NCBI GenBank assembly: GCA_050011875.1
Contig: JBEKIG010000002.1
Location: forward strand, 132,385-196,384
Length of the DNA stretch: 64,000 bases
DNA from: Nitrososphaeria archaeon
GTDB taxonomy: Archaea > Thermoproteota > Nitrososphaeria > JACIWG01
Direction: 5' to 3'
Shown here: positions 30,564 through 40,429 of the stretch, in pieces
Layout: each line of letters opens with the position of its first letter
How positions within the stretch are numbered: the stretch's first letter is position 1
Program-made: the position numbers and the translations under genes
The notes under the pieces: generated by a model
What the model saw: the letters and a program-made list of their open reading frames with translations, nothing else
What the model was told of the DNA's origin: nothing
Databases searched by the model: none

Positions 30564-30889
30564 ATCTTTTATTAAAATAAGCGATTTATTTAATCGTTTA
30601 AACAGTCATAAGATTCAAAAATATTTCTAATAAAAAAATTAGCTCCAATAAGAAATTTATAAACCAATATTAAATTACTTAAAAGGCAAGGGTACAATGA
30701 AAACATGTCTTCAACAGTTTTATAAAACAGATGTTAAGTATGTTTACTTGAGCTCTACCCGGAAGCTTTGAGATAAGATTTAATACAGCTTTGGGTATCT
30801 TAATTTCTCGTCGCCCACGGTTTTCTCCAAGTGCACTTCCTAGATTATAGCAACATATAATAAAAAGGTGTTAAAGAATTTTGTGTTAG

Positions 30890-32458
30890 TTGACAGCATC
30901 AAATAACCAAACTGATGATTATATCATTGCTATTGATATAGGCACTACAGCCGCTAAAATAGGGCTTCTTAGTACTGACGGACCTAGAGTTTTTTCGATA
31001 TCGAGTAAGGAGTACCCTGACGGCATACTTTATCCAAGAACATCATGGGTCGAAAGTAATATTGAGCTATGGTGGAGTACGGTCAAAGATCTTTTAATAA
31101 AATTATTAGAATCTACAAAAATCAAGTCTTCCAATATCGTCGCTATCAGTATGTGTAATACGTGCCCGAGCCTTATACCAGTCGACAAAGATGGAAAAGC
31201 GTTGAGACCTGCAATACTCTACATGGACCAGCGCAGCGTGCAGCAGGCAAAAAAAATAAGGAAAAAGATTGGTATAACTACCCTGTCAGAAATAGCTGGC
31301 AACAGAATAGTCCCGGGAACTTTTAGTGTCACTTCAATGCTCTGGATAAAAGAAGAGGAGCCAGATGTTTACAAGAGAACGTACAAATTTGTTCACGCTA
31401 ACGGCTTCTTCGGGTCAAAGCTTACCGAGCAGTTAGCCATTGATCCGACCAACGCATCCTTAACTGGCATCTTTGATCTTAAGAAATCGGGGTGGTCTCA
31501 GGAATTATATGACAAGATAGACATTGACGGAGATAAACTACCAGATATCTTATGGCCCTATGAAAAAGTTGGCGAACTGTCTTCAAAGGTGGCAAGAGAG
31601 CTAGGTCTTGAGAGGGATACACCGGTCGTGATCGGTTGTGCAGATAGTGTTGCCTCCGCTCTTGGATGCGGAATAACTAAAAGTGGTCGTGTTTTTGAAA
31701 CAACAGGCACATCAACCGTCGTCGCAGTAATCTCAAAAAAACCCAAGTTTGATACAAGAATCTTGAACAGATGTTATATCTACAAGGATTTGTGGCTTCA
31801 TATGGGAGCAATGTCGACGACTGGAGGATCGTACAAATGGTTCAAAGATCATCTATGTGAGGCTGAAATAGCTGAGTCATCAAGGACAGGAAAAAGCCCC
31901 TACGAAATATTGGATGAAAAGGCGGGTAAGATACCTCCAGGTTCGGATGGCCTCTTATTTTTACCCTATATGTCCGGCGAAAGATCGCCTGTCTGGGATC
32001 CATACGCGAGAGGAGTGTTCTTTGGCCTCTCGCTTTCGCATACAAAGGAACATATGATTAGGTCAATCCTCGAAGGAGTCGCGTATGGTTTAAGAAATAA
32101 CTTGGAAATAATTGAATCCATTGGTGTTAATCTTGATGAAATAAGAGCATCAGGCGCAGCTTCTAAAAGTAACCTTTGGCGACAGATAAAGGCTGACGTA
32201 TTAAATAAGAAGATAGCTGTGTCAAATGTTAAAGATTCAACAATGATCGGCTGTGCAATACTAGCTGGTCACGCTACAGGCGTGTATAACAATATTTTGG
32301 AGACAGCAGAGAAATTTTATTATGATATCGAAAATGTAAACTTTCCAAATGAAAAAACAAATAGAAAGTATGAGAAATACTATCAGATATACAGGAAAGC
32401 GTACAAAAGATTTAAATCAATGTACAAAGAGCTTGCAATATTGAATTGTAATGAATAG
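30890..32458 (+). CDS. FGGY-family carbohydrate kinase
   Basis: IDIGTT, RPAILYMDQRS, GCADS, TGTS, LPYMSGERSPVWD, EGVAY. Confidence 0.9.
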   Translation: MTASNNQTDDYIIAIDIGTTAAKIGLLSTDGPRVFSISSKEYPDGILYPRTSWVESNIELWWSTVKDLLIKLLESTKIKSSNIVAISMCNTCPSLIPVDKDGKALRPAILYMDQRSVQQAKKIRKKIGITTLSEIAGNRIVPGTFSVTSMLWIKEEEPDVYKRTYKFVHANGFFGSKLTEQLAIDPTNASLTGIFDLKKSGWSQELYDKIDIDGDKLPDILWPYEKVGELSSKVARELGLERDTPVVIGCADSVASALGCGITKSGRVFETTGTSTVVAVISKKPKFDTRILNRCYIYKDLWLHMGAMSTTGGSYKWFKDHLCEAEIAESSRTGKSPYEILDEKAGKIPPGSDGLLFLPYMSGERSPVWDPYARGVFFGLSLSHTKEHMIRSILEGVAYGLRNNLEIIESIGVNLDEIRASGAASKSNLWRQIKADVLNKKIAVSNVKDSTMIGCAILAGHATGVYNNILETAEKFYYDIENVNFPNEKTNRKYEKYYQIYRKAYKRFKSMYKELAILNCNE

Positions 32459-33254
32459 TCCGGGGAAAGAAGTCAGACTGTCAAGGTTATTTGACAGGAA
32501 ATCTGGGAAGGTCGTTATTGTAACTATGGATCATGCGATTGCTCACGGGGTTTTACCAAGTATAAGGAATACTCATCAAATAATAGAAAAGATTACTGCA
32601 GGAAGACCAAATGCAATAACTATACATAAGGGTTTGGCCTCAAAATACTTTAAACTGCTCATCGATAGCGATACATCTTTAATATGTAAGTTAAGTGGCT
32701 TTTCACTGTATAACCCTACCTTTGATACGCAATTCACTGAAGTCAAGGAAGCAATAAAATTAGGCGCCGATGCGGTTGCCTATGGGGCCACAATAGGCGA
32801 CACTAGACAGGATGAAATGTTACAGACAATAGGTCACTTAGCAAAGGAATGCGATGAATACGGTATGCCTTTAACGGTTCACATCTACCCTAAAGGTAAC
32901 CTATTGAAAAAAGAAGACTATTACAAAACTGAAAATATAATGTATGCCGCGAGAGCGGCAGCGGAATTAGGTGCAGACATAGTTAAGACATGGTACACAG
33001 GTTCTTCTGATACGTTTAAGCAAGTTGTCGAAGCTTGCCCCGTTCCGGTCGTAATAGCCGGAGGGCCACACACTGAAAGCGTTGAACAATTTCTGACGAT
33101 GGTAAGAGGTGCCATCGATGGCGGAGCTTCAGGAGTAGCAGTTGGAAGAAATGTTTGGGGTTCCAACAATCCAACACTGATGATAGAAGCGCTAAAGATG
33201 ATTGTTCACGAAAATAAAGGTGTACAGGAAACAATAGCGGAGCTTAAACTTTAG
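32451..33254 (+). CDS. Class I DhnA/LsrF-family aldolase
   Basis: MDHAIAHG, LGADAV, HIYPKG, AAELGADIVKT (Schiff-base Lys), IAGGP, VGRNVW. Confidence 0.88.
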   Translation: MNSPGKEVRLSRLFDRKSGKVVIVTMDHAIAHGVLPSIRNTHQIIEKITAGRPNAITIHKGLASKYFKLLIDSDTSLICKLSGFSLYNPTFDTQFTEVKEAIKLGADAVAYGATIGDTRQDEMLQTIGHLAKECDEYGMPLTVHIYPKGNLLKKEDYYKTENIMYAARAAAELGADIVKTWYTGSSDTFKQVVEACPVPVVIAGGPHTESVEQFLTMVRGAIDGGASGVAVGRNVWGSNNPTLMIEALKMIVHENKGVQETIAELKL

Positions 33255-33273
33255 TAGATAAAGGCGCTTCTTT

Positions 33274-34305
33274 TTGAGAGCTTTAGTTTATCATAGCATG
33301 GGAGAAATATCCGTAGAAGACATACCAAAACCTAAAGTTGGAGACGGTGAGGCCCTTATCAAGGTTGAAACTGCCGCGATATGTGCAACCGATCTAAGGA
33401 TATTCAGAGGAGAAAAGATGGCTAAAGATGACACCGTGCTAGGGCATGAATTCGCGGGTAAAATAGTAGAAGTAGGAAATGTGGTCGAAGACATTAAGGT
33501 TGGTGACCGAGTCGGTTTCTATCCCGTTATAGCTGATGGAAGATGCGACTTCTGTCTAAAAGGTCTCAGAAACAGATGTGTCAACCGAAAGACAATAGGC
33601 ATAGACCTAGACGGCGGTTTTGCCGAATATTTCTTAGCTCCAAAAGAAGCTGTTAGCTTAGGAAATATTGTCAAACTTCCTGATGATGTATCCTATGAAG
33701 AAGCTTCCCTACTTGAGCCGGTCTCAACTGTCGTAAACTCCGTGGAAAGGCTAGGTATAGGTTACGGAGACAATGTGCTGATAGTTGGGTCAGGACCGAT
33801 GGGACTGTTGCACGTTATGATGTCTAAACTCAGAGGTGCAGCTAAAGTTATTGTTTCAGATTTGGTGGTAGAAAGGCTAGATGTCGCAAAAGGAATCGGA
33901 GCAACGGGCACAATCAACCCCAATAAGGCCGATCTAGCAAAAGAAATCAGAACGCTTACGGAAGGTTCAGGGATCAATGTGGCAATTCTCACAATAGGCA
34001 TCCCTGGAGTTGTTGAACAACTACTTGAAATCTTGCAGCCTCAAGGCAAGATCAGTCTTTTTGCTGGGGGAGGGAAAACGTATACATCAAACTTGGACTT
34101 GAATAAAATACACTACAAGGAATTGACTTTGACCGCATCACAGAATGCGACACCAGATCAGTTCAAGAAAGGTCTAAAGATGATCGCTAGTAAAAATTTA
34201 GATGTCAAAAAGATAATAACACACACTTTTCCACTTAACAGCGCAATAGAGGCTTTCAATTTAAGAAGCGAGCTAAAAGCCCTGAAAGTTCTTCTAAAAC
34301 CATAG
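33274..34305 (+). CDS. Zn-dependent polyol (sorbitol/iditol-type) dehydrogenase
   Basis: ICATD, LGHEFAG, D-GRC-DFC...C structural site, DGGFAEY, GSGPMG. Confidence 0.88.
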   Translation: MRALVYHSMGEISVEDIPKPKVGDGEALIKVETAAICATDLRIFRGEKMAKDDTVLGHEFAGKIVEVGNVVEDIKVGDRVGFYPVIADGRCDFCLKGLRNRCVNRKTIGIDLDGGFAEYFLAPKEAVSLGNIVKLPDDVSYEEASLLEPVSTVVNSVERLGIGYGDNVLIVGSGPMGLLHVMMSKLRGAAKVIVSDLVVERLDVAKGIGATGTINPNKADLAKEIRTLTEGSGINVAILTIGIPGVVEQLLEILQPQGKISLFAGGGKTYTSNLDLNKIHYKELTLTASQNATPDQFKKGLKMIASKNLDVKKIITHTFPLNSAIEAFNLRSELKALKVLLKP

Positions 34306-34312
34306 ATCATAG

Positions 34313-35836
34313 ATGAGAAACTGTGTTCTGGCGGCAGACTTCGGAACAAGCTCACTCAAGCTAGGGTTATTTGACGATAAATGCCGATTAATTCACCTTG
34401 CTCCAGGAAGATACGCCTATAGGACATTTAGCAGGAAGCCCGGTTGGGTGGAACAAGATCCAGTTGAATGGTGGTTAGCCTTTAAGAAGGCGACGAAGGA
34501 CACCTTCAAGAAGTCTGGTATAGGGAAAGAGGAAATTTCCTGCATCAACATAGGAGCTCACATGGGGCTTGTATCTCTAGACAGAAGAGGAAATCCAATC
34601 AGGCCTTCACCTCTGTTCTTTGACCAGAGAACAATTAAGCAGTGCGAAAAGATAAAGTGTTCTATGGACGAAAAAGAAATCTCGGAAATCTGTGGAAACC
34701 GGGTTTCAACAGTTCAGACGGCAACGCAGATTTTATGGTTGAAAGAAAACGAACCTAAAATATACGATAGAACACATAAATTTCTTATAACTCCAGGATA
34801 TATTTCATACCTTCTAACAGACCAGTATTCCTATGATTGGACCCACTCTTCGTGGAGCCTTCTATTCAACATAAAAAAGAAATGTTGGTCAAAGAAAATG
34901 TTTGATGAACTTAAGATTTCCCCAGACAAATTTCCTGAAACATCGATATCATGTAAGCTTTTAGGGGAAGTAACCGCAAGAGCATCAAAGGAAACGGGCC
35001 TGAAGGCTGGTACACCTGTTATGGTTGGAGGATCAGACACTCCTTTGGCCGCGTTAGCCGAAGGAATAGTAGAAAGGGAGAAGGCTCTGATCACAGCGGG
35101 TTCCGTCTCAAGCATCATCACCTGTACGGATAAGCCAATTTTTTCAAACGTTCTATTGAACAGGTGCCATATCGTCCCTGATAGATGGTTGATGCAGGGA
35201 GCCATGAACGCGCACAGCAACATCTTCGAATGGCTCATCAACGAACTTTACAGGTCTCCAGGAGATGAAATCGCTACGAAAAGGCCGAATATTTTTGAAG
35301 TAGTAGAAAAAGAGATAGGCAATTCCCCACCTGGTTCCAACGGTCTAATATTCTTACCATTTTTGGCAGGTGAAAGATCACCTATATGGGATCCTTACGC
35401 TAGAGGCGTTATCTTTGGACTTACTTTCCACCATAAAAGAGGGGACATCATGAGATCAGCATACGAAGGTGCAACATATGCGGCAAGACACAATTTAGAA
35501 ACCATTGAGAGCATGGGTACAACCATAAAGGAATTGAAGGTCGTTGGCGGAGGAGCCAAAAGCAAAATATGGAACCAGATAAAGGCCGACATATTGGGTA
35601 AGAGAATAATAGTCGAAAAAGCCGCAGATGCATCATTAATAGGCAGTGGAATCCTCGCCTGTTACGGCGCAGGTTGGTTCAGCGGCTTCGCTAAAACAAA
35701 ATCCGTTGAACATGCTAAACAAATTTTTTTACCGAGACTCGAGTACAGTAAAAGATATGCAGAAATGTTCCGCATATACAAGAAACTCTATACCAGAATA
35801 AAAAGCTCATTTAGAGACATAAACAGACTGGAATAG
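34313..35836 (+). CDS. FGGY-family carbohydrate kinase (second paralogue)
   Basis: ADFGTSS, GWVEQDP, GGSDT, LPFLAGERSPIWD, VGGGAKS. Confidence 0.9.
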   Translation: MRNCVLAADFGTSSLKLGLFDDKCRLIHLAPGRYAYRTFSRKPGWVEQDPVEWWLAFKKATKDTFKKSGIGKEEISCINIGAHMGLVSLDRRGNPIRPSPLFFDQRTIKQCEKIKCSMDEKEISEICGNRVSTVQTATQILWLKENEPKIYDRTHKFLITPGYISYLLTDQYSYDWTHSSWSLLFNIKKKCWSKKMFDELKISPDKFPETSISCKLLGEVTARASKETGLKAGTPVMVGGSDTPLAALAEGIVEREKALITAGSVSSIITCTDKPIFSNVLLNRCHIVPDRWLMQGAMNAHSNIFEWLINELYRSPGDEIATKRPNIFEVVEKEIGNSPPGSNGLIFLPFLAGERSPIWDPYARGVIFGLTFHHKRGDIMRSAYEGATYAARHNLETIESMGTTIKELKVVGGGAKSKIWNQIKADILGKRIIVEKAADASLIGSGILACYGAGWFSGFAKTKSVEHAKQIFLPRLEYSKRYAEMFRIYKKLYTRIKSSFRDINRLE

Positions 35837-36029
35837 AGACAATACAATGCTGTCACGTTCCCTTAACATATGTCATTAATCCAAAACCAAGCCAATTCCA
35901 GATACACTTGTAATATTTGCTAACAAAACTGTCTGAAGTCTAGAACTAAGAATTCTTAAAACGCCTTCAAAAAGAATAGAATGGTAACGCAAGAAGACTT
36001 TTATATTTTGGATTCGGTTATATAGTGTC

Positions 36030-37514
36030 ATGAATACTGAAATGAGGATCCAAAATGTGGACAAGCTTATTTCTCATGGCAACTTGAAAGGGCGAAGGAT
36101 TGTCGCAGAAATTCTTGAGGCGGGTCTTAAGGCAGCTGACCCATACAATAACGTTAGAAAGCTTATCCGAAAAGAAGGAAACAACCTCATAATAGGATGT
36201 AGGGAATATCAGCCAAAAGGCGACAAACAAAGTACTTACGTAACTTTTGACCTGAACAAGATAGGTAGCATCTACGTTGTTGGCGCCGCAAAAGGAGTTC
36301 AGAGGGCAGCAAAGGCCATAGAAGACATTCTTGGAGATCGACTAACTGGAGGACACGTTATTCCAAAAAAGGGTGATCAAAAAATATTGAAGAGAATTGG
36401 GGTGACCTTTGGAGCCCATCCTGTCCCAGATGCGGATTGCGTTAAAGGCAGCGAAAAGATATATGAAATAACACAAAAAGTGAAGAAGGGCGACCTTGTT
36501 TTCACGATCAGTGGCAACGGCGGCTCTTCCCTTCTCACACTGCCAGCTCCAGGCATAAGCATCGAAGATGTCAGGGAAGTGACATATAAAATGCAGATCG
36601 AACGAGGTGTACCTACACAGGACCTTAACACGATAAGAAACCACATAGATCTTTTAAAAGTTGGGAGACTTTCAATGTTGATGAAACCAGCCTTTCAAGT
36701 TCACATACTTATGTGGGATGCTGGCGATCCTCTGCCAACCAAAATGGGATCTTCTAGTTACGATAAACTTTTAACCCAGAACCTGTGGCTGCACGCACTT
36801 CCTGATCAGTCAACTTTTGCAGATGCTGTAAGAGTTATAGACAAGTGGGATGCTTGGAATGACATACCGCCTTCAATTAGACGACATCTTGAAACTGCGG
36901 ATCCACGATACGAATCTCCAAAAAGGGAAGATTTTGAAAAATTATCTTTTAGGATATTTGGTATCCTACCTCGAAGAGGAGCTTTATTTGAGGCGAAAAA
37001 AAAGATTGAAGACCTAGGTTACAGACCTGTGGTCCTTACAGAATGGATGCAGGCTGAAGCTAAAGATGCTGGAAGGGTTGTAGCTCAGATAGCAAAGAAC
37101 ATCGAGAATACGAAGAGTCCGTTTACACCACCCTGTGTTCTCATGTCCACGGGAGAACTTCTTGTCACCGTCGGCGAAAATAACGGTATCGGAGGACGGA
37201 ATCAGGAATTTCTTCTATCAGCCGCATTGGAAATTGTTGGAAGCAAGAAGATAGTCATGGGCGCTGTTGACACAGATGGCACAGACGGACCGGGGACACA
37301 GTTCATTAAAGGACATAGTAAAACACCCTGCTTGGCAGGAGGAATCGTTGACGGTTACACCATGGAATCGGCTTCCAAGAAAGGCATCGACATCGTCGAT
37401 GAAATTAAAAGGCACAACACAACTATTCCGCTTTTAAAGCTAAATGACGGTGTAATCGCCAAACAGAGTGTAAGCTTAGGCGACCTCGCAATAACGTTTA
37501 TATCCGATAGATAG
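36030..37514 (+). CDS. Glycerate 2-kinase-like (DUF4147/MOFRL) protein, divergent
   Basis: VGAAKG, AHPVPD, SGNGGSSL, GGRNQE, DTDGTDGP. Confidence 0.82.
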   Translation: MNTEMRIQNVDKLISHGNLKGRRIVAEILEAGLKAADPYNNVRKLIRKEGNNLIIGCREYQPKGDKQSTYVTFDLNKIGSIYVVGAAKGVQRAAKAIEDILGDRLTGGHVIPKKGDQKILKRIGVTFGAHPVPDADCVKGSEKIYEITQKVKKGDLVFTISGNGGSSLLTLPAPGISIEDVREVTYKMQIERGVPTQDLNTIRNHIDLLKVGRLSMLMKPAFQVHILMWDAGDPLPTKMGSSSYDKLLTQNLWLHALPDQSTFADAVRVIDKWDAWNDIPPSIRRHLETADPRYESPKREDFEKLSFRIFGILPRRGALFEAKKKIEDLGYRPVVLTEWMQAEAKDAGRVVAQIAKNIENTKSPFTPPCVLMSTGELLVTVGENNGIGGRNQEFLLSAALEIVGSKKIVMGAVDTDGTDGPGTQFIKGHSKTPCLAGGIVDGYTMESASKKGIDIVDEIKRHNTTIPLLKLNDGVIAKQSVSLGDLAITFISDR

Positions 37515-37538
37515 CAAATTTTTGCTGAGGAGAAAGAT

Positions 37539-38816
37539 TTGAGTTCAAAAATTAAGAGTATTTTTGCTAGGGAAATAATTTCGCCTAGAGGACACCCTGG
37601 AATTGAAACTAAGGTAACGACTGAAGACGGCTCAATTGGGGTAGGGACCGTTAACGCCGGAATTTCTGTCGGTGAACACGAAATCTTTTTTATACACGAC
37701 GGTGGGAAAAGGTATGGCGGCCTCGGCCTAAGAAAGGCTGTCGATATAGTAAATAACGTAATCGCTCCAAAGCTTGTAGGCTTTGATGTAATAAACCAAA
37801 ATGCTATAGACGATACAATGATCAAACTTGATGGGACACCTATGAAGACAAAACTTGGAGGAAACTCGATCGCAAGCGTTTCAGCAGCCACCCTTAAGGC
37901 TGCGGCGAACTACCTTGGAATTCCACTTTACAGACATATTGGGGGGGTATTCGCGGAGATATTACCTGTGCCGGGAGTCATTTCCTACATCGGTGGCACA
38001 AGATACGGTGGCGGTGAAAGAGCGGGCGACAAACCAAGCCTTTCATTTATAGTGTACGGATACAAGACTTTCTCTGAAGCATCATACGCCTGCTGGGAGG
38101 TAAAGAAGGAGTTTACAAGAATTGTTAATGAAAAGCTGGGACAGAGGACCCATGGAAATATCGGGTCTCTTCTTTTGATCAATAAATCAGAAAAAATTAC
38201 GCACGACCGTCAGCTATGGGGGCTAATGGCCGACGCGATGGAAAATACAGGAAACAAGAACAAAATGGGAATACAGATGGACGTAGCCGCAAGCACATAC
38301 TATGATAAGGGCAAGGGAAAATTTGTTGGCCTATTCTCAAAGGAGGATAAGACAAGAGAAGATCTGATAGAACTTTACAAGCAGTCAGTAAAGGATTACC
38401 CGTTCCTGGTGTTAGAGGACCCATTGGATGAGAATGATGTCGAAGGACACGCCCTACTTACCAGAGAACTCGGCATCCAGATCGTAGGTGACGACTTCTT
38501 CACTACTAATATTGAACGAGTAAAAAGAGGAATAGAAGCGAAAGCATGCAACACTGTTCTTCTCAAAGTAAACCAGATAGGGTCGATAACAGAAGCATTC
38601 GAGATGGTGGAGTATGCCTACAGACATGGCTACGCAATCATGCCATGTAGCAGTAGAGGGGAAGGAGCCGATATAGGCGATTATGCAGTAGGCCTCAATA
38701 CGGGTCAAATGAGAGAAGGCGGACTTGATGAGACAGCAAACAGACTTCTTCAGATAGAAGGAGAACTCGGAGCCAGAGGACAGTTCCTAGGAAAATCCGC
38801 GTTTAAAACACGTTAG
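37539..38816 (+). CDS. Enolase-like protein with altered active site
   Basis: Enolase fold motifs (AREI..RGHP, LDGT..K.KLGGN, MDVAAS, EDP, VGDD, LKVNQIG) but no GDEGG, NGGxH, QEF or SHRSGET. Confidence 0.85.
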   Translation: MSSKIKSIFAREIISPRGHPGIETKVTTEDGSIGVGTVNAGISVGEHEIFFIHDGGKRYGGLGLRKAVDIVNNVIAPKLVGFDVINQNAIDDTMIKLDGTPMKTKLGGNSIASVSAATLKAAANYLGIPLYRHIGGVFAEILPVPGVISYIGGTRYGGGERAGDKPSLSFIVYGYKTFSEASYACWEVKKEFTRIVNEKLGQRTHGNIGSLLLINKSEKITHDRQLWGLMADAMENTGNKNKMGIQMDVAASTYYDKGKGKFVGLFSKEDKTREDLIELYKQSVKDYPFLVLEDPLDENDVEGHALLTRELGIQIVGDDFFTTNIERVKRGIEAKACNTVLLKVNQIGSITEAFEMVEYAYRHGYAIMPCSSRGEGADIGDYAVGLNTGQMREGGLDETANRLLQIEGELGARGQFLGKSAFKTR

Positions 38817-38962
38817 ACCACTAGACAACTGAAAAATTTCACTATCCTACAGCATTCAGAACGTAGAAGCAAATTTGACTATATTGTTAAGAATGTACTT
38901 AACTGGTGACGATATTCGCTGAGCTTTTTTCAACTCATGACACAGCTTCAAATCTTTTAGCA

Positions 38963-40213
38963 CTAACTTCTGTTCAGGAACTCTTCGGGACACTGGATAT
39001 CCGCGTTAGGTAAGACAGCGACTTTAGGAATGTAATCGAAGCTTGACTTTAACTCTTCAATGACTTCCTTCCACGTCTTTATCCAAATAGTCTCACACCT
39101 AGAGAATGGCAAGAGTGGATCAGGGGTTTTGTATTCCGAAAAAACTATTACTTTACTGAATGATACGTCGCACGGAAAATTGTTTCCAGGGGCAAACTGC
39201 ATTTTTCCAAACTTTCCATACAAATAGTGTGTGGTTTGGCCTTCAGGCGCCTGAGTTATAACGACCATTACACCATTCTTCTTTTTAAGGCGATGTTTCC
39301 AAGTAGTTAGCCCTATTGCTGCTTCATTAGCTTTCGTATAGGTGTTTGATACTATTACGTCAAGGTCATCAGGCACGCTTGGTGTTAGATAGTGTGTTTT
39401 CGCGTGTCTAACACCTTCAACAAACTCTTCTTGTAAATCTCCAGCAAAGACGTCGGTGTTCTCTCCGATTCCATTCACTAGAACATCTATCTTCATATCC
39501 ATTCCAGCAATCTTTCCGGATTCGTCGATATCCGCCCTTGTAAGATTTTTTTCTATAAACCCCATATATGTATCCATGGGAGTGTTCTGCAGGTGCACTA
39601 CGCAGTGGTTGTGATAAATCATATTATATGAAGCGATTCCGGGCAAAATTATTTTGGCTCCGCCCCCGTACCCGACCATAGGATGTGGAACAACCAGTCC
39701 GATTCCTATCTTCAGATCACAAGAATTGTACTCCGCGTCTATTTCAACAGGTGTACCTCTGCTAGTCACTCCAACCTTCTCGCAGTTGTTGAAGGGGCTA
39801 TGATTATAGACCGGATATTTTTCTACGAAATCTTCACCGATTTTTTTTGAGAAGTCATATCTATACCATGCTCCATGGGTGCCACCGCCCATTATGAACC
39901 GAATACCATCGTCTGAAACTCCGGCCTTCTTTAACTCCTCAAAGATGAGGGGAATAATCTGATAAGCTCTTGTTGGCCTTGTCATATCGTCTACGACAAT
40001 TACTACTTCTTTCTTGCCTTCAGCAAGTTTTGCAATAGGCTTTGAACCTATCGGCTCTCTAAGCGCTTTTTTGATGCCTTCTTCAGAAATTCTGGTTTTA
40101 TAATATCCGTTCATTGGTAGAAACTTAACAGGCCAGTTTTCAGGAAATTCGAGACCTACCATCTTCTGACCGAACCACGCTAGCTCGGGAACTTCAAATC
40201 TGTTAAAGTTCAA
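38963..40213 (-). CDS. LarA-family nickel-pincer hydroxy-acid racemase/epimerase
   Basis: VDDMTRPT, GTHG, GVTSRGTPV, PHPMVGYGGGAKIILPG, NH. Confidence 0.85.
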   Translation of the reverse strand: MNFNRFEVPELAWFGQKMVGLEFPENWPVKFLPMNGYYKTRISEEGIKKALREPIGSKPIAKLAEGKKEVVIVVDDMTRPTRAYQIIPLIFEELKKAGVSDDGIRFIMGGGTHGAWYRYDFSKKIGEDFVEKYPVYNHSPFNNCEKVGVTSRGTPVEIDAEYNSCDLKIGIGLVVPHPMVGYGGGAKIILPGIASYNMIYHNHCVVHLQNTPMDTYMGFIEKNLTRADIDESGKIAGMDMKIDVLVNGIGENTDVFAGDLQEEFVEGVRHAKTHYLTPSVPDDLDVIVSNTYTKANEAAIGLTTWKHRLKKKNGVMVVITQAPEGQTTHYLYGKFGKMQFAPGNNFPCDVSFSKVIVFSEYKTPDPLLPFSRCETIWIKTWKEVIEELKSSFDYIPKVAVLPNADIQCPEEFLNRS

Positions 40214-40429
40214 TTAAAAGCGACCTCATCTATTCTATAGTTACTAGCGCTTATATATCGTTCTACAAATTTTCCGAGCACATTTCAAGTGTCATTTCTG
40301 TTTGTTAAAACAATTTATCATCCTTCTTATGCTAAAAAATTAAACAAGATTAGAGATTAAGATTCAGATCGCAAAGTGTCAGAAAAGAAATAAATATTGG
40401 CACTTTTACTTCTATGTAGTGAAAATTTA

